From: Methanotrichaceae archaeon
GTDB lineage: Archaea > Halobacteriota > Methanosarcinia > Methanotrichales > Methanotrichaceae
Reading direction: 5' to 3'
Assembly: GCA_963754945.1 (NCBI GenBank)
Contig: CAVWIG010000004.1
Location: forward strand, 1-34,177
DNA: 34,177 nt
A program made the position numbers and the translations under genes. This document shows, one piece after another, positions 9,764 through 19,441 of the stretch; within the stretch, counting starts at the first letter, position 1, and each line of letters starts with the position of its first letter. A model generated the notes under the pieces. The model was not told where the DNA came from and ran no database searches. It worked only from the letters and a program-made list of their open reading frames with translations.

Positions 9764-11104
9764 TCACACCTTTATTCCGAACTCTGGCAACCTCTCCTTG
9801 GCCGCCTCCCTGGCCTTCTGGTGCTCGGCCAGGAAAATCTGAATCCTCTCCGCAACATCTTTCTTACAGGTCCCGCACATCCTGCTTCCGTTGCGGCACT
9901 GCACGTACAGTTCAGAAAGCTCCGAGTCATCATCGGAGAGGTGGAAAACCAAGAACTCATAGACTGAGCACTTCTCTGGCTCGCCGCCGAGCTTCTTCTG
10001 CTCTGACAGGCTCTGCTTGCCTCCGGTGATGGCCTTCATGATCTTCTTAGCGGCGACTTTCGGGTCCTCTGTTAGGGCGATGTGGCTCTCGGGCTTGGAT
10101 GAGGACATCTTGCCTCCTGCTAGACCAGTCATGAACCTGTGGTAGATGGATGCCGGTGGGATGAAGCCGTACTCTCCGTGGTCAGTTTCCACTTTTATTA
10201 TAAGCCGGTCGATCTCCTCCAGCAGGGAACCGGATCGAAGACCTTCACTGTCTTTTATATCTAGTACGTCTATGTGCTCTTCGTACCTTTTGACTTCATG
10301 GTAGCCTGCAGACCTAAGGGCTTTCTCTGCGGCGATCATCAGATCAACGCCCGCAGACTTTCCTCTGATGCTTACATATTCCTCTCGAAGCTCCACCAGG
10401 AACCTTCTCATCCGGTAGGCTAAGTCTCGTGTGAGCTTTATGTGAGGGTCTTGGTCTGCGCCAACCGGGATAACAACGGGCTTTGGCCCACCGTACTCCT
10501 CAAGCTGAGGGTGCAGGATGTCCGCGCTTTGGGCCATGACGCTCTCCATATGTGCAATGCTCGTTTCTCCAGAAAATCCATAAATAGCGCTGACTTCGGA
10601 GAAGTTGGCAGCAGCGGCCAGCTCGAAGGCCAAGTTTCTCATCTTGAAGTTATCCGACTGGAAGTATATGTGACCATTAGGCTCGAATCCCAGAGCTATG
10701 AGGCTTAGGATGTACTCGTTAATTCCAAGTTCCCTGCACTTGGACCAGCTTATTCCGCGAACAGCATGGGCTTCCATGTTTGCGATGGCAGCGAAGGCGT
10801 CCCCTCCCTGCTGCTGGTGCCAGATAATCTCGTTCATGACCATCATGTGGCCGAAATGAGCTTTTCCGGAAGGCATGAAGCCGCTCATGACAGCAAAAGG
10901 ACGGTGCTCTTGCATGGCTCGAAGGACTGAATCGTAGTTCCTGTGTCCGAAAATTATTTTCCGCCTCATGTAAGGGTGTGGGTTGTCAATCGCAGGCAGG
11001 ATCTTGTCAAAGCTGGATATCCCAAACTCATCGAAGAGCTTGGAGTAATCATCCACGAACACTGCGCCCCATGGATCGAGCTTCACTTCCATGTCCGTGG
11101 GCAA
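9764..11104 (-). CDS. trpS: Tryptophan--tRNA ligase
   Basis: SGFMPSGKAHFGH (HIGH motif), PVGADQDPH, GGKMSSS and C-terminal CGTCKK. Confidence 0.95.
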   Translation of the reverse strand: MPTDMEVKLDPWGAVFVDDYSKLFDEFGISSFDKILPAIDNPHPYMRRKIIFGHRNYDSVLRAMQEHRPFAVMSGFMPSGKAHFGHMMVMNEIIWHQQQGGDAFAAIANMEAHAVRGISWSKCRELGINEYILSLIALGFEPNGHIYFQSDNFKMRNLAFELAAAANFSEVSAIYGFSGETSIAHMESVMAQSADILHPQLEEYGGPKPVVIPVGADQDPHIKLTRDLAYRMRRFLVELREEYVSIRGKSAGVDLMIAAEKALRSAGYHEVKRYEEHIDVLDIKDSEGLRSGSLLEEIDRLIIKVETDHGEYGFIPPASIYHRFMTGLAGGKMSSSKPESHIALTEDPKVAAKKIMKAITGGKQSLSEQKKLGGEPEKCSVYEFLVFHLSDDDSELSELYVQCRNGSRMCGTCKKDVAERIQIFLAEHQKAREAAKERLPEFGIKV

Positions 11105-11393
11105 TGAATTCGCAGATATATCTGTCTATCCATCCTTCTCGACGCGAATCCACTGGATTTTTCTTGCCCCTTAGATTATAGGATTATTATTGTTGATACG
11201 GATTCTAGATTCGATAAGATTATTGTATCGAGGCCTGATTAGATTCAATGATCGCAATAGCGGAGAGTCTCTGATCGATATCTAATACGATTTAAATGGC
11301 CGGATAATCTTAGGTTAACATAAATAAGCTTTACCGAAATAAACTATTTATATGATAAAGTATTTCTATATAGGTTAATAGATTGAGGGTAAT

Positions 11394-11795
11394 ATGAGAC
11401 AGTTTTCAGTTAAGGTTCTGGACGACAACGATCGAGAGTTCGTTGATGTGCTTCGAGAGCTTGGCATTCCTCGAAATGTCGCAAGCATGATCACTTATCT
11501 GGCCAACGTAGAAGAGGCTACATCCAGGGAGATCGAGATAGGTTCTAGCCTACGTCAGCCCGAGGTCAGCATAGCCATGAGGACCCTAAGAAACCACAAC
11601 TGGGTGGAAGAGCGGGAAATCAAGAAAGACGGAAAGGGCAGGCCAATGAAAGTGTACAAGCTCACCATAACTCTGGGAGATATAATCAAGTATTTCGAGG
11701 ACGAGAAGAAACGGGAATCTGCCAAGACAATGGAGAGCATAGAGAAGCTAAAGGAGATGAGCAGGTCCCTTAGCGAGGAGAGCCCTTCAGCCTGA
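11394..11795 (+). CDS. ArsR/MarR-like wHTH transcriptional regulator (methanogen family)
   Basis: ATSREIE...LRQPEVSIAM...GKGRPMKVYKL; SD GAGGG and TATA-like TTTATAT near 11348. Confidence 0.85.
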   Translation: MRQFSVKVLDDNDREFVDVLRELGIPRNVASMITYLANVEEATSREIEIGSSLRQPEVSIAMRTLRNHNWVEEREIKKDGKGRPMKVYKLTITLGDIIKYFEDEKKRESAKTMESIEKLKEMSRSLSEESPSA

Positions 11796-11824
11796 AACAG
11801 CTCTCAATTATATTTTCATCGAAA

Positions 11825-11873
11825 GCAGGGTTGAATTGCATCCCAAAAAGGTAAAAGGATTGCATTGCCCTGC
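11825..11873. terminator. Imperfect hairpin between convergent genes
   Basis: Outer stem GCAGGG...CCCTGC with inner TGCATCC...GGATTGCA pairing, 30 nt after the stop of the 11394 gene. Confidence 0.35.
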
Positions 11874-11997
11874 GACAGTTTTCTCTGATTAATCCTCAGA
11901 TCGCCCAGAGGCTCCATTAACTGGTCCTCTTGAAGCGACCTAAACTAAACGGACACTTTTTGGAGATGCTCTTTCCTGCAGCTCCTTTGCAGTTAAT

Positions 11998-12120
11998 TCA
12001 TTCCTCGTCTTCGCTTGTCTTCCTCAGGTCGTCTAGGTTCTCCTCGATGAGCTTCTTGCTCAAGATCTCCTGCTTCTTTCCGCCCTTTCGCTCGACATCT
12101 CTCTTCTTAAACTGAGACAT
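11998..12120 (-). CDS. Small 40-aa highly charged protein (not in the ORF track)
   Basis: MSQFKKRDVERKGGKKQEILSKKLIEENLDDLRKTSEDEE*. Archaeal SD GGTGA 6 nt upstream; codon choice (AAG/GAG/GAC) resembles the backbone genes. Confidence 0.65.
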   Translation of the reverse strand: MSQFKKRDVERKGGKKQEILSKKLIEENLDDLRKTSEDEE

Positions 12121-12169
12121 AAGAAATCACCATATTTCATCGTTATCTGAAGTTGTATTAACCTTTCCG

Positions 12170-13093
12170 TCAACCCGACCGCATGGCTTGGACGGCCCAC
12201 TGATCATAAATTCCACTTGGATCTCGATTATCAATTAAAGACACATTCCAGCCTGCTTCATCCAGAGTCCTCGCGATGAGCTCAGCTTCCTTCCGTGTAT
12301 AGACAGTGTATAGTACCATCCTGCTGGCCAGATTTGAAGCTGTCAGTAGGATCTCCCTCCAAATGTTCCAGTTTACCTGTTCTATCAGTCCTACCATAAA
12401 ACCCACTACTACATCGAAAGATCCTGACTTGAAAAAGCGATTGAGGAGACGGGCATCCAGGACGAAGGATCGGTTTGGCTCTAACTTTCCCGCCTTGAGA
12501 CCTTGGCACATCTCGCAGCGGTCCAATTCCATGGTAAACGGTCCATAACCCAATCGATGCAGCGACTGGGAAGCCATGCCGTTTCCGCAAGCCACCTCAA
12601 GAATGCTGACATCCCGAGGAATTATAGAAGACAGGAATGATTCTAACCTATGGACTCTTTCTTCTATATAGAAAGGCCCATCTTGCACTTCGCAGCTCTC
12701 ACAAAAGAGCTCTCCGGCCAAGGAGAGCGAGAAGTATTCGGCGACGGCTTCGAAGAATTCGCCATCCGGTGTTTTTGCGGTCTTCCAAGATATATTGTCG
12801 TGTTCAAGCCGAAAGCCTTCGAGAATCTTCATTGTGGAATATTTGTCAGTTAGCAGAAGCCAGAAGTCGGCTGGCTCTTTGAGATGAAAGGCCATGCCAT
12901 AGCCTCCAACGAGCTCTATGGCCTCGTACGCCTCAATTCCCGAGCTGAGAAGCTCAGAAGTCACAGGTAAGGTGATTAGGTCTCCCAGGGACTCTTCTGC
13001 CAGGAAAACGTCATCCCCATCTTTCAGGTCCAGGATGCGATTTAGCAACACGGTTCTATCTTTGGATAAGCAGGATATGAAGTTTCTTGCCAC
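12170..13093 (-). CDS. Class I SAM-dependent methyltransferase-fold protein
   Basis: Motif I ILEVACGNG, then VLDAR and GSFDVVVGF; uncharacterised N-terminal half with a CESC pair. Confidence 0.75.
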   Translation of the reverse strand: MARNFISCLSKDRTVLLNRILDLKDGDDVFLAEESLGDLITLPVTSELLSSGIEAYEAIELVGGYGMAFHLKEPADFWLLLTDKYSTMKILEGFRLEHDNISWKTAKTPDGEFFEAVAEYFSLSLAGELFCESCEVQDGPFYIEERVHRLESFLSSIIPRDVSILEVACGNGMASQSLHRLGYGPFTMELDRCEMCQGLKAGKLEPNRSFVLDARLLNRFFKSGSFDVVVGFMVGLIEQVNWNIWREILLTASNLASRMVLYTVYTRKEAELIARTLDEAGWNVSLIDNRDPSGIYDQWAVQAMRSG

Positions 13094-13191
13094 TCTTAAT
13101 CACGCACTCGTACACCACGCGGCCGCTAGAGGGACAACATTCGGCGATAACAGAAACAGCTATATTATATTCCTGACCATATCTGATTCTA

Positions 13192-15210
13192 TTGAAGCTC
13201 ATGGAAATGCCCGGCATCGGGGCACGAATAAAGGAACGCCTAGTCGATCGCTTCGGTAGCGAAGAGGCGGCTATTGAGTCCATCCTGCAGGGAGACATAG
13301 CGAGCCTACTCGATGTAGTAAGTGAGCGCCATGCATTGTCTCTGGTCCAGTGGGCCACGGGAAAGAAGTACAAAGCAGAACCAGAGAGTTTCCTGGCCAC
13401 AGAGGAATCCAACAGAATTTATCAGATTCTGATATCGAAGATGGCTGCGTATGCTCACACAGAGTACGCCCGGTTGAAGATCGGTACCCTTTTCCCATCC
13501 TCATCCATAGAGCTGATAACAGAGAATCGGAAGCTAGCAAAGGAATCCATGAACCGGGCGAGAAAGCTGGAGGGCAAAGGAATTGGAGAGCTTCTGTCAA
13601 AGATCAAGCCTCTCAAAGAACGACCTCAAGCGCGAGTAAGAGACCGAGCAATCCTGGCAACTTCCCCGGAAGTCCACATTCAGCTCAGAATGCGAGGATT
13701 GGATAAGCTGATAGACGTGCGTCTGGCAGAGAGCGATCGAGAGATGGTCGAAGCTTCCAGAGGTTACAGCCATGTCTGCATTGTGGGAGAGCAGGCTGAC
13801 AACGCAACAGACAACACATTAGACCTCGAGCACGCAGAAAGCACGGAGGATTGGTATCTGGTTCCCGAGGCGGTTCTAGGCTATTACAAGGACAACCTGG
13901 AGACTCTGCTCTCTGCTCTAAAGGCTGCGAAGATGCTGGAGGAGACCGGCATTTGTCCCCAGAAGGAACTGGACGGTCTAGACAAGCTAATCCAGGGCTT
14001 AGAAATGGGCGAAGACGCTGAGTCGTTACGGCTGGAGGGAGTGCTCGAGGATATTAATGGTTGCGTAAAAGAAGCAGTCGCCTGGGCCAACGCTGAGCTG
14101 AAGAGAAGAATTGAGTCTAGCTCCGTGACCCTCGCCGGTATGGACATCCTCCAGGCCCTGGGCAGAGGTGAAGGTGTCAGAGATCTCTTCCAAGAACAGA
14201 TGAGCGGGATATTTCGGGACGTGCTCAAAGATGCCAAGGCCAGAGCGACCTCTAAGCTGAAACTTTCAGGAACTGATGCAGCCAGGCTGGACGACATCTT
14301 CTTCTCAGAGTTCCAGTACCCTCTGGAGCTGGAAAGACAGGCGCTTCAAAGCTTCGAGCAAGAGCTGAGAATTCGGCTGGAGACTAGAACCATTAGATCT
14401 CGCCGGGAACTGGCAAGAGGCCTGGCAGACAAAAAGGAGTCCGTCAAAAAGATAGTTGCCAATCTCAGGGAATTCGATTTTTATTACGCAATAGGGACCT
14501 ATGCACTTTCGGAGGGACTTGTCATGCCGGAGATTGTGGACGAACCATCTCTCTGCTTTGATAATGGAATAAATCTGAACCTGGAGAAGGCTGAGCCTGT
14601 CAGCTACGCCCTAGGGAAAACGGGATCATCAGAGTTTCAGGAAAGGACAGTGCTCTTGAGCGGTGTGAACTCTGGAGGGAAGACATCGCTCCTCGACCTT
14701 CTAGCGCAGATAGTAATCCTGGCACACATGGGCTTGCCTGTGCCCGCCCAGAACTGCAAACTTAGCATCTATGAAGAACTGTACTACTTCAGCAAGAGCC
14801 GGGGTACACTTTCTGCCGGCGCCTTTGAAACGGCGATGCGAAAGTTCGCCATTGTGGAGAACAGCAAGCGCAAAATAGTCCTCGCTGACGAGCTGGAGGC
14901 CATAACCGAGCCGGGGGCTTCGGCCAGGATAATTGCATGCATGCTTGATGAGCTTAACAGGCTTGGTTCTGTGGCCGTCTTTGTCAGTCATCTTGCGGAA
15001 GAGGTAAAGAGGTTTGCCGAGACTCCCGTCAGGGTGGACGGTATAGAGGCTTCAGGCCTGGACGGGGATAACAACTTAATAGTTCGCCGAACGCCTCGGT
15101 TCAACTATCTGGCCAGAAGCACCCCCGAACTGATCCTGGATCGGCTTGTCCGGACCACATCCGGGCCGGAGAAGGAGTTTTATTCGCGTCTTCTAGCCAA
15201 GTTCAAGTAG
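13192..15210 (+). CDS. MutS-family ATPase of the archaeal MutS5 type, with N-terminal helix-hairpin-helix
   Basis: N-terminal MPGIG (HhH); C-terminal MutS domain V motifs GVNSGGKT, AHMGLPVPA, DELE and VSH; no mismatch-binding domain I. TATA-like TATATTATAT ends about 21 nt before the TTG (possibly leaderless). Confidence 0.85.
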   Translation: MKLMEMPGIGARIKERLVDRFGSEEAAIESILQGDIASLLDVVSERHALSLVQWATGKKYKAEPESFLATEESNRIYQILISKMAAYAHTEYARLKIGTLFPSSSIELITENRKLAKESMNRARKLEGKGIGELLSKIKPLKERPQARVRDRAILATSPEVHIQLRMRGLDKLIDVRLAESDREMVEASRGYSHVCIVGEQADNATDNTLDLEHAESTEDWYLVPEAVLGYYKDNLETLLSALKAAKMLEETGICPQKELDGLDKLIQGLEMGEDAESLRLEGVLEDINGCVKEAVAWANAELKRRIESSSVTLAGMDILQALGRGEGVRDLFQEQMSGIFRDVLKDAKARATSKLKLSGTDAARLDDIFFSEFQYPLELERQALQSFEQELRIRLETRTIRSRRELARGLADKKESVKKIVANLREFDFYYAIGTYALSEGLVMPEIVDEPSLCFDNGINLNLEKAEPVSYALGKTGSSEFQERTVLLSGVNSGGKTSLLDLLAQIVILAHMGLPVPAQNCKLSIYEELYYFSKSRGTLSAGAFETAMRKFAIVENSKRKIVLADELEAITEPGASARIIACMLDELNRLGSVAVFVSHLAEEVKRFAETPVRVDGIEASGLDGDNNLIVRRTPRFNYLARSTPELILDRLVRTTSGPEKEFYSRLLAKFK

Positions 15211-15292
15211 GATTCAAGTTCGAATAGGCAAGGTCAATCAGAATTCAAGTCGTCGGGATTCAATCAAACGGGATTCATCAAGCAGGATCCGA
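15201..15292. repeat. Degenerate short repeats, consensus GGATTCAA
   Basis: GGATTCAA at 15210, GAATTCAA at 15241, GGATTCAA at 15256, GGATTCAT at 15271, GGATCCGA at 15285. Confidence 0.5.
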
Positions 15293-15321
15293 GTAGAGTA
15301 GGTTTTATATCATAAACGCCC

Positions 15322-15546
15322 ATGAACATCTTCATGGAGATCTGGCAGATTCTGATAATCTGTTTGCTATTGCTTCCGGCTTTTTATCTCGCCAACTATA
15401 TTTTAGTCAAGAAGCTGGTCTGCCAGAAAAAGCAGCGAGAAGATCTGATGGAGCGGGCGGTTGCAATAAGCGTTGCCCGGAGGATGGCCTCCAGGAAAGA
15501 CAAGTACAGCCCAAAGCCACGTTTTGGCTCTCGGCAGAAGCGCTAG
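15322..15546 (+). CDS. Small single-pass membrane protein, hypothetical (start may be ATG 15334)
   Basis: Hydrophobic N-terminal helix followed by a basic tail; fills the intergenic gap; TTTATAT upstream. Confidence 0.6.
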   Translation: MNIFMEIWQILIICLLLLPAFYLANYILVKKLVCQKKQREDLMERAVAISVARRMASRKDKYSPKPRFGSRQKR

Positions 15547-15552
15547 AGTTCA

Positions 15553-16017
15553 TCAAATCGATTCTTTACGTTTCTCGATTACTCTTATATCATCGATCTC
15601 TGTTGATGGATAGTTCCCCGTCTCGTCTTTCTCCAGGTACTTGACCATATCCCAGACATTTAGCAGGGCAGCAGATACCCCGGCCAGTGCCTCCATCTCT
15701 ACCCCAGTTTTGCCGACCGATGTCACTGTAACTGTGGCTCTTACCGCCGTCTGCTGGACATCGAAAATAACATCCACAGCCGTTATGGAGATTTGATGGC
15801 AAAAGGGAATCAGTCGGGGGGTGTCCTTGACCGCCAGGATGGCCGCTACACGAGCGGTAGAGATTACATCGCCTTTCTTGACCCGGCCGGAACGCAAAAC
15901 CTCCACAGTTGATTCCTTCAACCTGATCAGGCCTGTTGCGGTAGCCGTCCGATGGACCGGAGGCTTGTCGGTTATATCCACCATTCCAAAGCCGTCTCTT
16001 GTTTCCTCGCTCTTCAT
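15553..16017 (-). CDS. moaC: Cyclic pyranopterin monophosphate synthase MoaC
   Basis: MVDITDK, KKGDV, LIPFCH, KTGVEMEAL and WDMVK. Confidence 0.95.
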   Translation of the reverse strand: MKSEETRDGFGMVDITDKPPVHRTATATGLIRLKESTVEVLRSGRVKKGDVISTARVAAILAVKDTPRLIPFCHQISITAVDVIFDVQQTAVRATVTVTSVGKTGVEMEALAGVSAALLNVWDMVKYLEKDETGNYPSTEIDDIRVIEKRKESI

Positions 16018-16021
16018 CAGA

Positions 16022-17419
16022 TCACAGCCTCATGGCTAGAGGGATTTTATCGATTACATCTGTGGCAACCATGCCATAGTCCTTCTCGGCGTAGACCAGG
16101 TCTCCCGCACGCCCGTTGACGAAGGCGGCAGCCGTCGCCGCACGTAGAGCAGTGGTTCGTGCATAGAAGGCGGCGGTAACACCAGCCAGCACATCCCCAG
16201 TGCCCCCCACAGTCATTCCAGGGTTCCCCGTTGTGTTTCCTCGAACCACGTCTCCATCGGTGATCAGGTCCACATGGCCCTTCAAGAGCACCACCAGACC
16301 TTTTTCTTTGGCATATCTCTTGGCCGGCTCGATCCGCACCTTGTAATCGGGTCCGGGCAGCTCGATTGAGCTTATCCTCTTGAACTCACCGGCATGGGGC
16401 GTGACTATGCCCTTCAGTGGAAACTCTGGCTGCAAAGCATCCGCATCAATGACCGTCTTCTGGCACATAGGGATTATCGCAGCAAGAGCCTGGCGGGTTT
16501 CGGGGTTGCGCCCCAGGCCCATGCCCATGACAACAACACCGTGGCTGGCGATCAAATCTTTCAAAATGGGCAGGTGTTCAGGAGAGAGATGGTCCCCTGG
16601 TAGCTCTCTGACGATCAGGTTTGGAGAATAGCCTGAGATTATCTTGGAAGCGCTCTCAGGAGTCGCTACAGTAACTATGTCAGCACCAGCTCGTAGAGCC
16701 GCCAATGCAGTGAGAGCAGGCGCACCGGTGTATGGGCCCCCTCCGATCACCAGGGTCCTGCCGCTGTCACCCTTATGGCTGTCCGGGGACCTTGCTCCGA
16801 CCAGCCGGAGGTCTCCTGGACCAACAAAGAACTCTGCTCTTGAGGGAATTCCTATGTCCTCGACCATGACCTCGCCGGACATTCCTGGCTTGGGATTATG
16901 AAAGGTGACTGTCAGTGCTGGCTTGACCACCCTGGAGGTCCCTAGGCCGCTGGGGACGTCCACGGATATCACCGGCAGGGATGCGGAGTTGATGGCATCA
17001 ATGGCAGCGCCCTCCAGTCCAGTGATCGGTTCGCGCACACCAGTGCCGAAGATAGCGTCTACTATCAGGTCGTATTCGCCGAGGTTAATATCTTGAACGT
17101 CACTGATCTCTCTGGCATCGAAACCGAGCTTCTCAAGGATATTCCAGTTCCTCATGGCTTCTTCAGTCGCGATATCTTTGGATCGGCCCAGCAGGAAAAT
17201 GGTGACTTCGAATCCATCCAAGTGACGGGCGGCGGCAAAGGCATCCCCGCCGTTGTTTCCCCTGCCTGCAACTATGGCGATCTTCTTTCCTTGGGCCTTA
17301 GCCTTAGTCACTCTGGCCAATGAGGCTCCCGCGTTCTCCATAAGCTGCAGGGGTAGAAGCCCGAAGTACTTGCAATTGGCATCGATGGCGGTCATTTCTT
17401 CAGGTGGAACAAGCCTCAT
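16022..17419 (-). CDS. nnr: Bifunctional NAD(P)H-hydrate epimerase/dehydratase
   Basis: YjeF_N motifs LMENAG, GNNGGD, DAIFGTG and VDVPSG; C-terminal SHKG, TPHAGEF and GGTGDVLAG. Start placed at MRLVPPEEM. Confidence 0.93.
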   Translation of the reverse strand: MRLVPPEEMTAIDANCKYFGLLPLQLMENAGASLARVTKAKAQGKKIAIVAGRGNNGGDAFAAARHLDGFEVTIFLLGRSKDIATEEAMRNWNILEKLGFDAREISDVQDINLGEYDLIVDAIFGTGVREPITGLEGAAIDAINSASLPVISVDVPSGLGTSRVVKPALTVTFHNPKPGMSGEVMVEDIGIPSRAEFFVGPGDLRLVGARSPDSHKGDSGRTLVIGGGPYTGAPALTALAALRAGADIVTVATPESASKIISGYSPNLIVRELPGDHLSPEHLPILKDLIASHGVVVMGMGLGRNPETRQALAAIIPMCQKTVIDADALQPEFPLKGIVTPHAGEFKRISSIELPGPDYKVRIEPAKRYAKEKGLVVLLKGHVDLITDGDVVRGNTTGNPGMTVGGTGDVLAGVTAAFYARTTALRAATAAAFVNGRAGDLVYAEKDYGMVATDVIDKIPLAMRL

Positions 17420-17574
17420 AATGAGATTGTATAGGTGGATAGGGATAAAAATTCTCTGTTTGGAGCAGTGATAGTGATAATACATCGCCGTCAGGCACAA
17501 CTTTCCGGATCGAGATGCACAGCTTCTTTAGATAGATTAAGAAAATACTCTTTGTCCAATGAGTTTAAAAAGTG

Positions 17575-18802
17575 GGTCGTGTATGTAATTTATTGAATTG
17601 GGACCTTCCAGTTCATTAGTTCTTTCATAGTCCAAACGTGGTCTGTCAGCAGTTCTACCATTGCGGGCGTTTGGAATATCCATTTCTTAGGATTTTTTTG
17701 GAATCCAATCACCTCCATATCAAGATTCATTTCTATTTTTAATGGGTCATGTGGCTTTACGAGATTGTACCAAGCTTGAAAGAAGTCAACTGCTCCTGTA
17801 TGAACTCCCCAATCTTTGCTGAAATTCATAGTTTTTCGTATGAACCTAGCTAGGTGATTCCGGAATGTGAGATTCATTCGCTCAACGTAAGATGTATGAA
17901 CATGTCCTTTTGCCCCCGGACAAAGCAGCTCGATTACTTCATTGGGAGATCCGAAGACAATTCGATGAAATATGCCAACTACTTCATTATTCGCCTTATT
18001 TTTTATAATTTGAGCATATTTTAGATCAGGATGTGGTACAAGCACCGGATTCGGTTTTCTGCCGGTTCCTTTGTATGTCGGTGTCTCCATGATGCCATAT
18101 ACTTCGAGGAGAGCATGGGCAAATGGATCCCAATCATCGGATACGAATACAGGAAGTGATGAGCCAACCGCTCTCTTCTGTTCTAAGTCTCTGAATAGCG
18201 CAGTTGCATCTTCTACAGATCTACTTCCTTCATGATGACATATCAGTAGCCTCGATTCCGAATTTATAATTGTTAGGCTATAGATATCACCAACGCCTAC
18301 AGGATCAATGCAAGTCACATTTTTTTGTTTTTTTACAGAATGACCATATCTCATCTATCTGCACTTGGGTCAAGTGAAGATTATGTAAAAAGTATTTATT
18401 AACCTCTCTGCAATGCTCCGCTGCTTTTTTAAGCCATCGACAGATTGTGTTTTTGTCGTGTTTAGTGGACCTCGCAACTCCGCGAATACTGCCTTTTTCG
18501 ACTAATTGAGCCAAAACCTTCAGGACTTCCTCTTCGGGGGTATTCAGACCAAAAAATATTGTGCCGCGAGTCTCACTAAAGCAATGACCGCATGTCTTGC
18601 ACTTGAGAAGCGCACGATCGTTCTTTCCATAACGTTCTTTTATCACTATGTTGCCTAATCCTTTCTTGCCATAATCTGGACACCCCTCATGACAGCACGA
18701 GTGCTCATGCAAATTTATTTGAGATTCCATATGATACGCCCCTTCAAAAGAATGTATCACACTGTTAACATATAAATTTTTCATTGAGTTACATACACGA
18801 CC
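17575..18802 (-). mobile_element. Complete IS1-family element (1228 bp)
   Basis: Terminal inverted repeats GGTCGTGTATGTAA (14 bp perfect, extending imperfectly to about 23 bp). 8-bp direct repeat AAAAAGTG at 17567-17574 and 18803-18810. Confidence 0.92.
17590..18730 (-). CDS. IS1-family transposase in two frames (InsA-like Zn-finger/HTH plus InsB-like DDE)
   Basis: ORF A from ATG 18730: C...C...CKTC, HTH, QIDEIWSF. ORF B: VSDDW, TSYVERMNLTFR, RKTMNFSK, TPAM. Junction at A7-C-A7 (18320-18334); ORF B is +1 relative to ORF A. Confidence 0.85.
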
Positions 18803-18828
18803 AAAAAGTGAAAGATAGTTCAAAGGTA

Positions 18829-19410
18829 TTAGCTCATTTTTGGAGGCATAAAGGTAAGAGTCTTGGGCTTTGCAGGCTGATTGATGTTCTCTACGTGTAT
18901 GCTATTTATTAGGTTCCTCGTTACATTTAGTGGATATAAGGAAACTATTCCAATTTCGGTTTTTCCGACCGAGACAGGCCCGCATTCACAATCAGTGCTA
19001 TCAGGCCAATAATATGCCTGCCACAATCTTAGGTTTTTGGAACTCACTCCTGTGACGACGAAGCCTTTCTTGCCATCAACAATAATATTTTCAGCTGAAA
19101 TATTTTTGTTAAAACCTTGGTTGGCCAAACTTAGTTCGAATATGGTCTTGCCAACATCCAGAGACGAATCCGATAGGTTCTTGTATTCCTCTACTTGTAT
19201 TTTCCCTAGAGTGTAATTATAGGTGTTTAGCAGAATTTGGTAAATTGAGTTCGTAGGCGTTTCAACAGGTTGTTCGAGCTTGACAGTATAATTTAAAGTC
19301 GTATTCAAATCAAAGGATACCTTGTAAGGCCCGATGATCTTGGTTTCAGGCGCTGCGGACGCTGCAGATGCTGCTATCAGCATTAGCATCAAAGCTATGA
19401 CGATTTTCAA
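18829..19410 (-). CDS. Secreted hypothetical protein
   Basis: Signal peptide MKIVIALMLMLIAASAASA, several NxS/T sequons, CECGP motif. Confidence 0.8.
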   Translation of the reverse strand: MKIVIALMLMLIAASAASAAPETKIIGPYKVSFDLNTTLNYTVKLEQPVETPTNSIYQILLNTYNYTLGKIQVEEYKNLSDSSLDVGKTIFELSLANQGFNKNISAENIIVDGKKGFVVTGVSSKNLRLWQAYYWPDSTDCECGPVSVGKTEIGIVSLYPLNVTRNLINSIHVENINQPAKPKTLTFMPPKMS

Positions 19411-19441
19411 GGAAGTTCACCCTTGTGTCTTTTTGTATTAT

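Noticed and set aside
15201-15292. CRISPR-like array
   Set aside because: Units are only about 8 nt, degenerate, with no spacer-length gaps and no cas genes.
17420-17500. N-terminal extension of nnr in the ORF track
   Set aside because: Family similarity begins at MRLVPPEEM; the upstream part looks like promoter sequence.
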